Notes: generated by a model not told the origin, from the letters alone. DNA of 61,179 bases, filler included, from Hausera hauseri (GCA_046269625.1; 11 parts of 11 records of this genome joined end to end with filler, not necessarily neighbours in it), one strand, 5' to 3'; positions 12,840 to 24,599 are shown, counted from the first letter of the whole stretch. A program made the numbers and translations.

Positions 12840-14343
12840 GCCGACCGTCAGAAAGCAATTGCATATCATCTGGAAAATTCTGATGATTTGATGCCTAGTA
12901 AATGGCCATGATTTTCTGCAATTTCTCTTCAGATTGTCGTTTGCAATTGAACAAAACTGAAAGATTAATTTGTACAAGCCGATACTGATTTGGATTAAGA
13001 GCAATGTCAGAAGTTGCAGATTTGTCATAAGTTTTGTAATTCATACACAATGACTTGTACAGATAGGATTCAAGAGGGTCACCTGATCCGTACCTCGTCG
13101 GTTCATCTAATATTACCTCGTACAATCGACCTTGTGAATTTTGCTGAAGCTTGTGCAAAGCACTTCCAGCTGTAGTCGGTGTGAAGTTTGTGCGCATTTC
13201 TTCAAACAGCTTTGTTGCTAAAGTTCCCCCAGTTCCCTCATATCCAGAAACCGTTGTCGAGACAAACACAAGCCCAGAAAAATAACGAAGATACATATTG
13301 ATAATATGCAATGGAATGGCCGCTGCTTCATCAATACACAACGGATCACAGTCCAACGACTGTTTCCGATGGTTCAACATAACGAATAATTTGAGAAAAT
13401 TTCCCTCGTTTTAATTCGAGCTTCTTTATGATTTTTGTCTTATTATAAACTGCGATGTTGTGTTTTCGTAATCAACGTGTTCCGAATATTCAAAAGCCTT
13501 CAATCCAAATTTCATATACTGCCATAAAATAATAATGTTTGTCTGACTTGGAGATGTTACACAAATCCGCCCAACACCGATCTGAAACGCAGCACATAAT
13601 GCCATGCCCAATGCTGCGGATTTTCCGCGACCACGAGCAGCAGTAACGAGGGTTGTTATAGACTGTTGTAAACCGTTGTCGTTTACATTATCGTGATGAA
13701 CAAATGTTCTTAACACTCTGAATAGAGTACACAAACAATGGGCATGATCATAAGTGGCACAGAGATTTACTAGTGGGAAAAAAAACAGAATCCGAAACCC
13801 TTAATGAATCCTTCAAAAAATTCAAATCTTCCTTCTTCTTCGTATTTGTATTTTTTTATGATTTATCGTTTTTTTCGAAACTTCCAATTCAAATTTATCA
13901 TTTAAGCAGAGGCAAAAATTTTCGTTCAAAAGCGACAATGTAAACCTGCGTAAAAATGTTTACTACTTGACTTCACGAATGACAATTTCTGCAATGGGGG
14001 TGTTAAGAATATAACAATTCCTCCTCCAGAAACGGTTTCTATACAGCGTGCAATCGTATTCGGCGTAAGCAATTCATAATCTTGAAAAATACAAATATCG
14101 AACGTCTGTCCGAGAATATTTTGAGTTTCCTCATACAAACACGATGTTGTGCTGCAGGGACAATTTTTCGTGGTATTTTTTCACAAAATAACGCGTGTTT
14201 TTGGTCCGCGTTATGACCTCATTCGAACAATCAGTCGAATATTCATAGACATATTTGTTGTTCTTCAAACACCAAAAGCAACCGAATTTGTTTGCGATGT
14301 TGCTTTTACATGTTTGGACGTGAGAACAGTAGAAAATGAACAA
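12840..14343 (-). pseudogene. NAT10: NAT10/Kre33 RNA cytidine acetyltransferase, N-terminal and helicase part, intronless and disrupted
   Basis: QDYELLTPNTIARCIETVSGGG, TAARGRGKSAALG, IDEAAAIPL, STTVSGYEGTG, EPTRYGSGDPLE. Confidence 0.93.
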
Positions 14344-14358
14344 TTTTTAGTAGTAGGA

Positions 14359-14774
14359 TGTGAGTACTTGGCGCCAACCCCGCCCCCGGGGAAGGAAAGA
14401 AACCAATGGTAAGAGGACACGTCATCGGGGGAAGGAAGGAAAAGTGACCAATGAGAAAGGAAGTTGGCCCCAATTGGGTTTCACTATTCCCACCCCGGAA
14501 CAAAGCAATCTGGCACCGATTGGGTTTTCCCACCCCTAATTTGTTTTGAACAAAGCATTCTGGCGCCGATTGGGTTTTCCCACCCCTTATTTTGAACAAA
14601 GCGGTTTTGAACAAGGCGGTATTGAACAAGGCATAAGAAATAAAAATTTATTTACATAAGAATTTATTTACATAAGTAATGTCCATAGGCGACACTGTGG
14701 TTTTTATCAACCCAGTGTCGTTTATCGTCAAAGGGATCCAGTGCTTTCTTTTTTGATGTGATGGTCATGAGCTG
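14359..14774 (+). repeat. LTR-like sequence of a second family, interrupting the NAT10 5' end, with internal 50-bp and ~13-bp tandem repeats
   Basis: Starts TGTGAGTACTTGGCGCC, similar to TGTGAGCACATGGCGTC at 61088; repeats gaacaaagca..ccgattgggttttcccacccct at 14498 and 14548. Confidence 0.55.
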
Positions 14775-14874
14775 NNNNNNNNNNNNNNNNNNNNNNNNNN
14801 NNNNNNNNNNNNNNNNNNTTAATTAATTAANNNNNNNNNNNNNNNNNNNNNNNNNNNNNNNNNNNNNNNNNNNN

Positions 14875-15346
14875 CGTCACTGTGGTAGATTTCCTTTCTC
14901 ATTTCTGGATTGTCGCAACAGTGGATCATCAATTCCTCTGTTAGAGCTTCCGCTGTTATTTTGTGGATAAGAATGCCCTTCACCAACTGTTCGATTTTGC
15001 TGAAGTAGGCGTCCGGTTCTGCCCCATTCATTCTGTAGTCCAATGCTTCCCGCTAATCTTTTCACAGCGTTGCTGGTTTTGCAAAGGCCCTTTTCAACCG
15101 GTTTTGATAACTTTTCACCTTCTGGCTAACCAAATGGTATTTTTTCTGTGCTTCGTCCGCCAATAGGCACAGGACCGCCGTTTCCCGATCCGACTCTGAC
15201 ATCTTTATGAAGTCGAAGTATCACTCGCATTTTCCAATAAAGGTTTCCACGTTGTCACCTTTGTGGAATTCTTTTGGCATCAATTTCTTCTCGAAGAAGT
15301 CCCTTGAAGCGTGATTCGCGATGTTAGTAGATCGCGTTTCTACCAT
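14875..15346 (-). pseudogene. gag: gag N-terminus of a second LTR retrotransposon family
   Basis: MVETRS...EALDYRMNGAEPDAYF..LTEELMIHCCDNPEMRKEI, homologous to 50124-50597. Confidence 0.75.
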
Positions 15347-15679
15347 TCCGACCTAAACGTCACTTGATGATTGTAAGATTAAATTTTGCATAAGAAATTT
15401 ATTATAAAAGTTTTGTATAGCAATTATCTCCGTCACTCATTAAATGATTCTTATTTTTGTACTTTTTTGAAATACCTGACTTCATATTGCCTGTTGATTG
15501 ATTTAACTTTGAATTGAATTTAAACATTAATATTCGCTTAAATTCCTCCTCACAACCTATATAGTAGTTACTTAGTATTACTTGACTTTATCCTATATCC
15601 CACATTACCTGATAAAGAAGGCAACACGATATTTCTACACAACATTTATTAAACAAAGAAAAACAATGAATAACGATAT

Positions 15680-18600
15680 TTACAATGTCACATGTCCGTG
15701 AGGTAATGTATGGATTCCATCGCTCAGGATCTGCCGCTTGTCATCCATCCAATCTATGCTTTTCTTATGGAGAGTTACTGTTTGGATGTTATGATCCCTA
15801 GATTGTATCCTTCTCATTTCCGATATAAAGTGAGTCTGCTCCTGCTGAACTCTCATTGTTCTCAAAACTGATCTTGGCCAATGTAGCCCTTTGAATGCCC
15901 TTGGCTATCTTTTTAATCTGACCACATACGTCTAGAGAATACATTCTGGACCTGAGAGCCACAAATTTCGAGAGGATCGCTCCATTTACCTCGTCTTTAA
16001 ATTTCCCAAAGACATTCTTATTGGCAATTAAATAGTTGGGATAATCATTCGGATGTTCCGAGGTATCCATGTGTTGAACCAATTGGGCAAAATCCTTATA
16101 AATATCATCTGTATGGATCTGATAAATGAAACTACCAGTATCCATAAACATCAGCTGCATGGACTTAAATGTGACGACCATGATGTCGTAGTGGAAATTG
16201 TACATCAAGGTCTTTGACAGGTCCAGTATCGCCATACCCACATATATGGGTTTGTTGAATACCAATGCTATTTTCAGCATGTGGATGCCTACCAAGTTCT
16301 CAGTATATATGGTGCTGATATGGAAGTTAGGCTCGGAAATAAGCTTCTTTGCCCGCTTCCAGTCACATACTAGCTCAATGTTGATCCTGTTGCGGATATT
16401 CTTCGTGGTCTTGCCAAAAACGCTGTTGTTATATAGTTTTTATTGATCTTTCTTAAAGTCTTTCTTGGCATTAGTCCGCAGCTTAGTATTGAGATTTATG
16501 TATGACTGCATCCACATGGACTGGTTGAACTGCAGGGCTCTATGGACCTTAGTAATGCGGAGTCAATGTCTAGCAGCTTGCTGGAGATTAATGAAATGAA
16601 CTACATACCTTTCCCTATTACCCATATGACAGAGCAACTTTCTATGCCTTCCATGAGCCGGAGACCTGCTCTCAGGGAGGAAAGGCAGCTGTTGATGCCT
16701 TGCGTGGATGGAAGCCGTATATTCCATTTCTACCTCCAGTATGTAGCTTGTATCTCCAGTGGGATCCAGGTCAAATATAGGGATGTTTTCAGGATTCTCA
16801 ACCCATTTGAAGTTATCATATGGCAATGCGACGCTCAATGCATATCCATACAAGTTGTTGGCATCCTGATATGATATATATGAGAATTCTTTGTTGAGTC
16901 GTATTCGGCCATATACTTGTTGTTGGCCTCACTATACCGGTGAATGGCTTGGCATATTCCGCCTCTAATGCCTCTCTTGATCATAAGGATTATATCATAA
17001 TCATTAATGATCTGCGGCCTATACCAGTATATCTCAACATTGCTGCCCAACTCATCCCTGGAGCCGTGAAGAAATGTGCCGGATCCAGTGCATGGCTCTT
17101 CATTGTAACATCCCTGAAACTCTCAAAGACATCCGTCAGCAACACATCCGTCTTGAGGTAAATATCACTGTATTCCCATATTGTTCTGCATTGGAATGCA
17201 TTCCAGACGTTTTGAGCTTGCNNNNNNNNNNGGCTATAAAAACCAGTATTTCCCATGATGTTATATAGTCATAGGGAAATATGCTTTTCTTCTTGACTAT
17301 GTCAAATGTAGTGGGGAAGAACCACTTCGTCTCCTTGAGTTCTTCTGCAAGGAAGTTCTTCACTAAACTATCCAGTGAAGACGACATGGAACAAAAGCTG
17401 TCAATGAAGCGAAGTCGGATTTTGCCCACATGCTTAGTGAAAGTGATATATTTCTCTTCACTGTTGGGGATCACATCTATATTACCATCAATGTTGCCTA
17501 ATTCTCGGACTATGAAATGGGAATCATAAACACTGAGATTATGAAACACTACAGACACATATGTGCATGTTTTGCAGCAAAGATTGAAGTTTTTGCATGC
17601 CGCGCCCCAATATGCATCTGTAAAATGGCAGTGAACCTTAACCTTCCAATTTTCCTTGGTGAAGGACTTGTCGCACAAGTAACATGCTGTTGCCTTGCGT
17701 CATTCTTCTTGTTTCCACGACATGCTCATATTATCCTTATGCTGCTGAAGCATATTTCCAAGCCTATGAGCCATGTCTTCAAGTCGTTTCATGAAATGTG
17801 CTGCTGCACCTGGACCTCTGAATAGAAATGGTTCACTGCCCAGTCCTTTGGCATACATGCAATACGATGAGAGTTCATGATATTGGTATGCCGTTGTTCT
17901 GCTATGTTGAGGACTGGGAGTGTAGCCGTGAATTGGCCAGATAATAGCTTCAAAGTCGCAATAGATAATTATTGGGACCTTGATCTTCTTCTTGAACTCC
18001 TTGAATTTAATATAATCCTCCTTGGGAAATTTTGGCCTGATACAATAATTGTTGTTGCAGTACATTTTGTTCTCAGCAAGCTTGTCCACAGCCGAATCAT
18101 CACTGAAATGGGAAAAGCATCGTTTACATATTTTTATTCTTTTCTTATGTTTCCTAATTTGGGATCTGACTAGACACTCAAAGATTTTGATCCAAACATA
18201 ATGTTTCTTTTCTGCATTGTCTAGTAGGAGCATATCCCTATGATCTTCCAATTCAGTATCATATATCTGCAGGGAACAAAATTTGTCCTCCTCATCCAAT
18301 CCAATAATGTTGATGGATATGTTGTTAATTCGGCAGAACTTCTTAATTTCATCTAAGGATGGAGGGAATGTGATAGATTGAAAGTCATAGTTGTGCTTCA
18401 GATTATTATATAGCCAAAGTCGATCTGCTGCATGTTTTTGATTCGGTACGAGTATTGGTAGAATGGCATACATGAAACACTTGTTGTCATTATTATGGAC
18501 ATTGACACATGCTTTTTATTAGCGATCCATTCCGGAAGCTGAATATAAGAACTGACCCGCATTGGAGAGTACTTGTAAACATACACAAGCAATCTGTTGA

Positions 18601-18843
18601 TAGTTGCCAGAGCCCATCCGCTCTTTTTACTCTGGCTCTCATCGGCTTCATGGATCAGCTTTGCATGCTCTTCATGCAGCCATTGTACTATATTGGTGGC
18701 TTCAAAAATGGGTCTATTTATGGTCTTGAAGTCCCTTTTGGACTCTTCGGCATCAGCATTGACGTATGTGGCTTCCAGTTTTATATTAGCCTTAATGGCC
18801 TTGAGCTCAGCTATGTTGTCCTGGAGAATCCCCTCTGTTTCTT
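15680..18843 (-). pseudogene. polB: Polinton/adintovirus-type protein-primed DNA polymerase B with endonuclease VII-like insert, frameshifted
   Basis: SGWAL..YSPMRVSSYIQLP, IYCDFEA, KVHCHFT..GAAC, FHNLSVYDSH, DANNLYGYA, YNNSVFGKT, FMDTGSF, GKFKDEVNG. Confidence 0.95.
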
Positions 18844-18945
18844 NNNNNNNNNNNNNNNNNNNNNNNNNNNNNNNNNNNNNNNNNNNNTTAATTAATTAAN
18901 NNNNNNNNNNNNNNNNNNNNNNNNNNNNNNNNNNNNNNNNNNNAA

Positions 18946-20847
18946 TCACATGGTAAAATAAGTGTAATACCACACAACCAAGAACGCTACATCACCTTCA
19001 CGAAGCATGTGGGGAAAATTGCGTTGCGGTTCATCGACAGTTTCAAGTTTATGAGTAGCAGTCTCGATGAACTAGCTAGAAATCTACCTCCGGATGCCTT
19101 CATGGAAACAATGCGGTATTTTGATGACAATCGATTGTTCAATTTGGTGACAAGAAAAGGTGTATTTCCATATGAATACATCACCGACTTGAGCAAATTG
19201 GAAGAAACTTCATTGCCACCGAGGGAAGCATTTTCCAGTTCCCTATATCAATCAAATGTATCAGATGAAGATTATGCACACGCACAAAAGGTATGGGAAG
19301 CATTCAACTGTGAAAATATCGGTCAGTACAGTGATGTATATTTGAAGACGGATGTATTAATATTGACCGATGTATTTGAAAGTTTCCGTGCAGTGACAAT
19401 GGCATCACACAAAGTTGATCCGGCTCACTACTTTACAGCACCGGGGATGGCATGGAGTGCAATGCTGAAGATGACAAAGGTAAAGCTGCAGATCATAAAA
19501 GATTACAATATGCTGCTAATGGTGGAAAGTGGAATTAGAGGTGGTCTATATCAAGTCATACATCGATATGCTGAGGCAAACAACAGACATATGCATGAAA
19601 TGTATGATGCAAGAAAACCGGATACGTACATAACATATTTAGACGCCAACAATTTGTACGGATGGGCTATGTCTCATTACTTACCATATGGTGATTTTGA
19701 ATGGATAACATGGACTGGAAATATGGTGGAGGACATACTCGATATACGAAAAACAGCATCCACAGGCTACATATTTGAAGTGGATGTGGAGTATCCGGAA
19801 AGCCTACATGTAGACCACGATCAGCTACCATTTCTACCTGAATTGGTAAAACCACCAGGAAGCAGGTGCAGTAAAATTAAGAAGTTAATTCCCCACCTCG
19901 GTGGTCGGCAGAGGTATGTGGCATATTACCAATATCTGCAGCAGGCAATCAAACATGGATTGAAAATAGTGAAAATCCATCGGGTAATAAAATTCAGTCA
20001 GTCTCCATGGTTGAAACCCTACATTCAATTTAACACGGAATTACGAAAGTTGGCCAAAAACAACTTTGAAAAGGAGCAATTTAAATTATATAACAATTCT
20101 GTGTTCGGAAAAACTATGGAGAATATCCGAAATCGACAGCACATTGAGCTGGTAAACGACTGGAGAAAAGCAAGAAAACTCATCGCAAAAACCAATTTCC
20201 TCAATTCACAAATTTACTCTGAAAAACTCGTTAGCATCCACTTGGCAAAAACCCAACTGGTATTCGATAAGCCAATATACGTTGGAATGTGTATATTGGA
20301 CATGAGTAAATTACTCATGTATGAATTCCATTATGATGTGATGCTACCAAAGTTTGGGTTGAATCAACTGCAGTTGATGTATATGGACACAGACTCGTTC
20401 ATGTATAAAATTCAGTCAGCAGATATATTTGAGGATTTTCATGAAATGGCGTCATTCTTGGATACAAGTGAATATCCCATGGACCATCCAAATTACTCAA
20501 CACAAAACAAAAAGGTGTTGGGAAAATTTAAGGACGAAGTAAATGGTGCCATTATCACAAGATTTGTGGGCCTTCGTCCAAAAATGTATGCTTTGGAAAT
20601 TGATGGTGGTATTATCAAAAAACGAGCGAAGGGTGTACAGCGTGCTGTGCTGCAAAAACATGTGAAATTTGATGACTTCGTGAAAACATTGCACGATGAA
20701 CGAACTATGTTACACACAATGCATGCAATCAGATCACAGGCTCATACAGTAACAACAGTCCAGATACAAAAGGTCAGTCTGAGTAGACATGATGATAAAC
20801 GAGAGATTATGGATGATGGGATAAGAACTAAATCATTTCTACTGTAA
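18946..20847 (+). CDS. polB: Protein-primed DNA polymerase B (Polinton/adintovirus-like), 5'-truncated by contig start, uninterrupted frame
   Basis: FIDSFKFM, RKGVFPYEY, YLDANNLYGWAM (A), KLYNNSVFGK (B), YMDTDS (C), LRPKMYA, KRAKGV. Confidence 0.97.
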   Translation, partial: SHGKISVIPHNQERYITFTKHVGKIALRFIDSFKFMSSSLDELARNLPPDAFMETMRYFDDNRLFNLVTRKGVFPYEYITDLSKLEETSLPPREAFSSSLYQSNVSDEDYAHAQKVWEAFNCENIGQYSDVYLKTDVLILTDVFESFRAVTMASHKVDPAHYFTAPGMAWSAMLKMTKVKLQIIKDYNMLLMVESGIRGGLYQVIHRYAEANNRHMHEMYDARKPDTYITYLDANNLYGWAMSHYLPYGDFEWITWTGNMVEDILDIRKTASTGYIFEVDVEYPESLHVDHDQLPFLPELVKPPGSRCSKIKKLIPHLGGRQRYVAYYQYLQQAIKHGLKIVKIHRVIKFSQSPWLKPYIQFNTELRKLAKNNFEKEQFKLYNNSVFGKTMENIRNRQHIELVNDWRKARKLIAKTNFLNSQIYSEKLVSIHLAKTQLVFDKPIYVGMCILDMSKLLMYEFHYDVMLPKFGLNQLQLMYMDTDSFMYKIQSADIFEDFHEMASFLDTSEYPMDHPNYSTQNKKVLGKFKDEVNGAIITRFVGLRPKMYALEIDGGIIKKRAKGVQRAVLQKHVKFDDFVKTLHDERTMLHTMHAIRSQAHTVTTVQIQKVSLSRHDDKREIMDDGIRTKSFLL

Positions 20848-21209
20848 TAAAGTTTTAGTGTTCACCTTTTGTTTTGTCTGTGAATTGAAATATATGCGTA
20901 TTGTTTTTCCGAATTATGTTGTAACATTGGTGATACCATCAACTAAGTATTGAGATAATAAAACCTACCAAGTACGGGTTACACGTGAAAATCTTAGTGC
21001 TTTTCCTACTTTTTGGGTATTAGTTTAAGTAATGTATATTTGTTTTCTTAATGATGAGTATTACATAAAGTTGAGTAATAATTAGAGTATGAGGTGAGCT
21101 ACTAATCAATAACACGTAACCCATTGTTATTCCGAATTGTGTTGTAACATTGGTATGTCCGCAGAAGCAAAATCGGATCGTTTGTAGTTACTCATTGAAA
21201 GTTAATACC

Positions 21210-22225
21210 TCTTGTTGAAAATTTTTATTCTATCTCAAAATACTGCTTTTGAAATAAATTTTCAGAAATTCCAAAATCAAATCACACTTTTAATATTTAC
21301 ATTTTTAATTTTAACAATAGGATTCTTTTGGAGCAACATATTAAGTTATAAACTTTATATACATGTCTTTTTGAGGACAATAATGTTACAGAATTTGTTT
21401 AACGTTCTTTATGTGACGTTCTAATATTTCGATCTCATTAAGATCTTCATCACATAACATTTTATACTCTACTCATAAACCATTAAATCTGTTACATATG
21501 ATGAGCCTTAATGAATTAAATGCCGATACAATTGTTTATGCGTTTGTCTGTCTCAGTACACGTGTCATTGGAAAACGCCCAAAAATTCTGTTAACTAGTA
21601 TTTGACACACACGCACACACACATTTAATGCGTAATTATTGATTGTTACTACCAAATGATAAAACAGTTCGAAATACGCATCTGCACGTTACTGATTTAA
21701 ATGAACAATTTATCCGACAGTCATTCGCTTTTCTCACTATGTTTGAATTATTTAACTGAATGTCAATGTTGACTTTAAAAATATTCTGACACCGCTAATT
21801 GAAACTGAACGACAAAAACAACTTTCATTCGTTGTTCAAACAACACTGTGTGAAATGGTATTGAAACAGAATGATTATATTCAACTTTTAAAGTTTGATT
21901 TACGTTGATGCCGAAAATCGCTGTTGGTCTTAATAACGAAATTTAAATGCTATTAATACGTCAAATGGTTTGTATCATTTCTGTTTAAAGGTTTGAACTT
22001 ATGGGATATGCAAGAAGATCGGTTTGTTTAATTAATAATTCACAGCTGCCCAATATTCAAAAATTGGTATTTGGGGCTTAGTGGATTCTCCTACGTGAAA
22101 CCAAAAATGACATTCTAGCCACCCCATGATTTAATTTTTAATTTTAAATTCATTGTCGAATTTTAAAATTTAAAAATGCTTTTAATTTAATTTTTGGATT
22201 TCAGTTCTCGATTATATTCTCACAG
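21210..22225 (-). repeat. AT-rich interspersed repeat, split by an ~820-bp insertion; uninterrupted copy at 49928-50105
   Basis: 21210-21314 and 22134-22225 are reverse complements of contiguous 49928-50105; atttttaattttaa duplicated at 21301-21314 and 22134-22147. Confidence 0.75.
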
Positions 22226-22489
22226 ACTACATGTTATCTTGTACACGTTTCATACTAATGAATCCCATTCTCACTTAATTAAAGTTGAACCAAAACATCA
22301 ATAATGGACAATTGATTTATATTTAATTCAAAATACTATAATATAGGACAATGGTTATTTATTCAGGGCAATTGTCAACAGCTGGTATTACGACTACTGC
22401 AAATAATAAACATTACACTAACACTACAAACACAACACTTCAATACATGGTGGTATAAATATGCGCACTAGTTTACTGTATTTCATTAA

Positions 22490-22969
22490 ATGTGCGCACA
22501 AATGTCTGAAACCGAAGAGCAGAACTATTCATTATCAAAAGGAAGCAGCACGTTGACTCAATCAAATGGTCGCTACTCTCAATACTCACTCAGAAAACCA
22601 AGGTTATTTAACGGTTACAACCTGCACTTCCTGCGCAGCCCAATTCTGTTGGTTTTGGAACACCCTGTCAAATTGAAACCTGCCAAGTATGGGTTGCAGG
22701 TGAAAAACATTCATGATGATGATCTTGATGCCGTGGAAGAATCCATCAAGAAAATCGATAACGACTTGGTGTTGTCAAATGATAGTAGAGACACCTCATC
22801 GATTTTCATGAAAGGAAATATGAAGAATGTTGTTGACTCAAGAGGACAGCCATTAACCCTACCAGCGGGAGGAGTAAAAGGAAACCTAACGATCAAAATC
22901 AAAGGCTTTAAGGAGATTCACTTTCACAAGACACCCATGTGGAAGTTGGGTAAATTTACCTCCATTTAA
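22490..22969 (+). CDS. Polinton-associated orphan ORF, possibly an OB-fold ssDNA-binding protein
   Basis: Intact 159 aa; TATAAATA at 22454, TCATT initiator-like motif ~29 bp later, AATAAA after the stop; beta-rich C-terminus GNLTIKIKGF..PMWKL. Confidence 0.6.
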   Translation: MCAQMSETEEQNYSLSKGSSTLTQSNGRYSQYSLRKPRLFNGYNLHFLRSPILLVLEHPVKLKPAKYGLQVKNIHDDDLDAVEESIKKIDNDLVLSNDSRDTSSIFMKGNMKNVVDSRGQPLTLPAGGVKGNLTIKIKGFKEIHFHKTPMWKLGKFTSI

Positions 22970-23637
22970 CTTCATTCATTTCTTTGATTTATAGTTTAAT
23001 AAAATGTTAGTGTTATTATTCTTACTGCTTTTTATTTTCCTTTCGTCCTTGTTGGGTATTAGTTAAAGTAATGTACTTTTCACACACTTTCTATTTCTTT
23101 ATTATTGTCAAATATTTTCATAATCTAAGAAATTATTGTTACAAAATCCAATTCGTTTGTTGAGAACCACCGAGCAGCCAGTCGAAAGTGTTTGTTACAA
23201 AAAGTCACAGTCATGTTAAATAAGCTGCTGCTGATGCTGCTTGTGAATCCACATTGAACAAATTCATTAACCCGAAACTTGTTAATAAACTTTTATTCAA
23301 ATTGTTTTAACAATTATAAATTATTAATTCCTATTAATGGATAGTCAATAATTCAAATGTCATGCATAAGTGATTACGAAACGTAAAACTTTCCAAATGT
23401 GAATAATGTTATGATTTGAAGCCGTGTCTTGTTTTCTTAATTTTTCCAAAATCCGTATCTCTTCCGAAGCCTGTCGATTGAGTCTTTTCTCATTTCAAAT
23501 CATTTTTAACATAACATAAACGTTACATTTATGATAATAGGCCTTCACAACCTGACCTAACCTTCCTTAAGAGGTCTACTTACTTAATTATAAACAATTA
23601 TTCTAAACGCTACAACATCAACAACGACTAAAATCTC

Positions 23638-23904
23638 ATGGAGCAGTACATTGAAACTGAGATTAAGAAACTGACCGATGACATTTTGACTGGACATGTG
23701 TTTGATGTTCAGTTTTTGTGTGAGCTTACAGAAACCCGAATAATTAGCCGACGGGAATATATCGATTTAATAGTCAGATCTCTCTTCGTACAACGCATCA
23801 AAGATGAAATGAGTCGGAAACGGCAACGGATTAATATCCTTATTGCACTCACACTTTCTGTTTCATTTTGTATTGTATTCAAGAAATTGATTGACCATAT
23901 TTGA
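23638..23904 (+). CDS. Small orphan ORF with C-terminal hydrophobic (tail-anchor-like) helix
   Basis: Intact 88 aa; TATAAA at 23589; RKRQR then INILIALTLSVSFCIVF. Confidence 0.55.
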   Translation: MEQYIETEIKKLTDDILTGHVFDVQFLCELTETRIISRREYIDLIVRSLFVQRIKDEMSRKRQRINILIALTLSVSFCIVFKKLIDHI

Positions 23905-24036
23905 CTATTTTTGTTTTTGTAATACATACTATTTCGCTATACGTTTGTTTTTATGTGTCAATTACATTTATTTCATTTCTTTTCCTTACACTACTGTATA
24001 AATACTTGTGCTTCTTCGTTCCTGTATGATTATAAA

Positions 24037-24495
24037 ATGACTCATTTGTCACAACTCATTCGCTTATATTACACCTTTGATGGTCTCCGGAGTCACCTAT
24101 ACAATCTCGATCGGCCTTTACCGCATGCTTGGTATTCGTCTCCTGAAACGATACTGCTAAGTGCTGAGGAGAATTGGAAGGCACGGGAACCTTATATACG
24201 ACATATGAAGCAGGTTATTGGTGACATCGATATATTATTCGGTCAGATTTTTCACACATGGCAGAAATTGGTGGATACCTATGCACTGTGTGGCAACAGT
24301 CCACGTCAAATGCAGTTTGTAGATGATTTTGTCCAAAGCGACCAGATAGATTACATTCCCATGTGGCAATCAGCGGATCAGATTTGTTTTAAGCAACATT
24401 TCAATATAACCAATTCCGATGGACTCGTTCATTCTCCTACGGAATTGGTAAACCCATGTGGTTTGTGTGCTTCTAATTCATCAGAAACGATTTAA
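24037..24495 (+). CDS. Orphan ORF (likely start MTHLSQL) with C-terminal Cys/His motif
   Basis: TATAAATA at 23997, then AAAATG; intact; C..H...CGLC near the end; AATAAA downstream. Confidence 0.55.
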   Translation: MTHLSQLIRLYYTFDGLRSHLYNLDRPLPHAWYSSPETILLSAEENWKAREPYIRHMKQVIGDIDILFGQIFHTWQKLVDTYALCGNSPRQMQFVDDFVQSDQIDYIPMWQSADQICFKQHFNITNSDGLVHSPTELVNPCGLCASNSSETI

Positions 24496-24599
24496 TTGTT
24501 GTTGCTGTTGTACAAAACAAAGGAAATAAATGTTCTATTCAGACTTGGTGGTATGCCCCTTTTAAACGATTTTACAACGATAATGATTTTGATTTTTTG

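Noticed and set aside
14498-14632. Spaced direct repeats resembling a CRISPR array
   Set aside because: Tandem units without unique spacers, in a eukaryotic LTR-like context, with no cas genes
15680-20847. Two PolB genes head to head, as in a two-polymerase element
   Set aside because: They are separated by the artificial spacer at 18844-18943, so the adjacency is not biological
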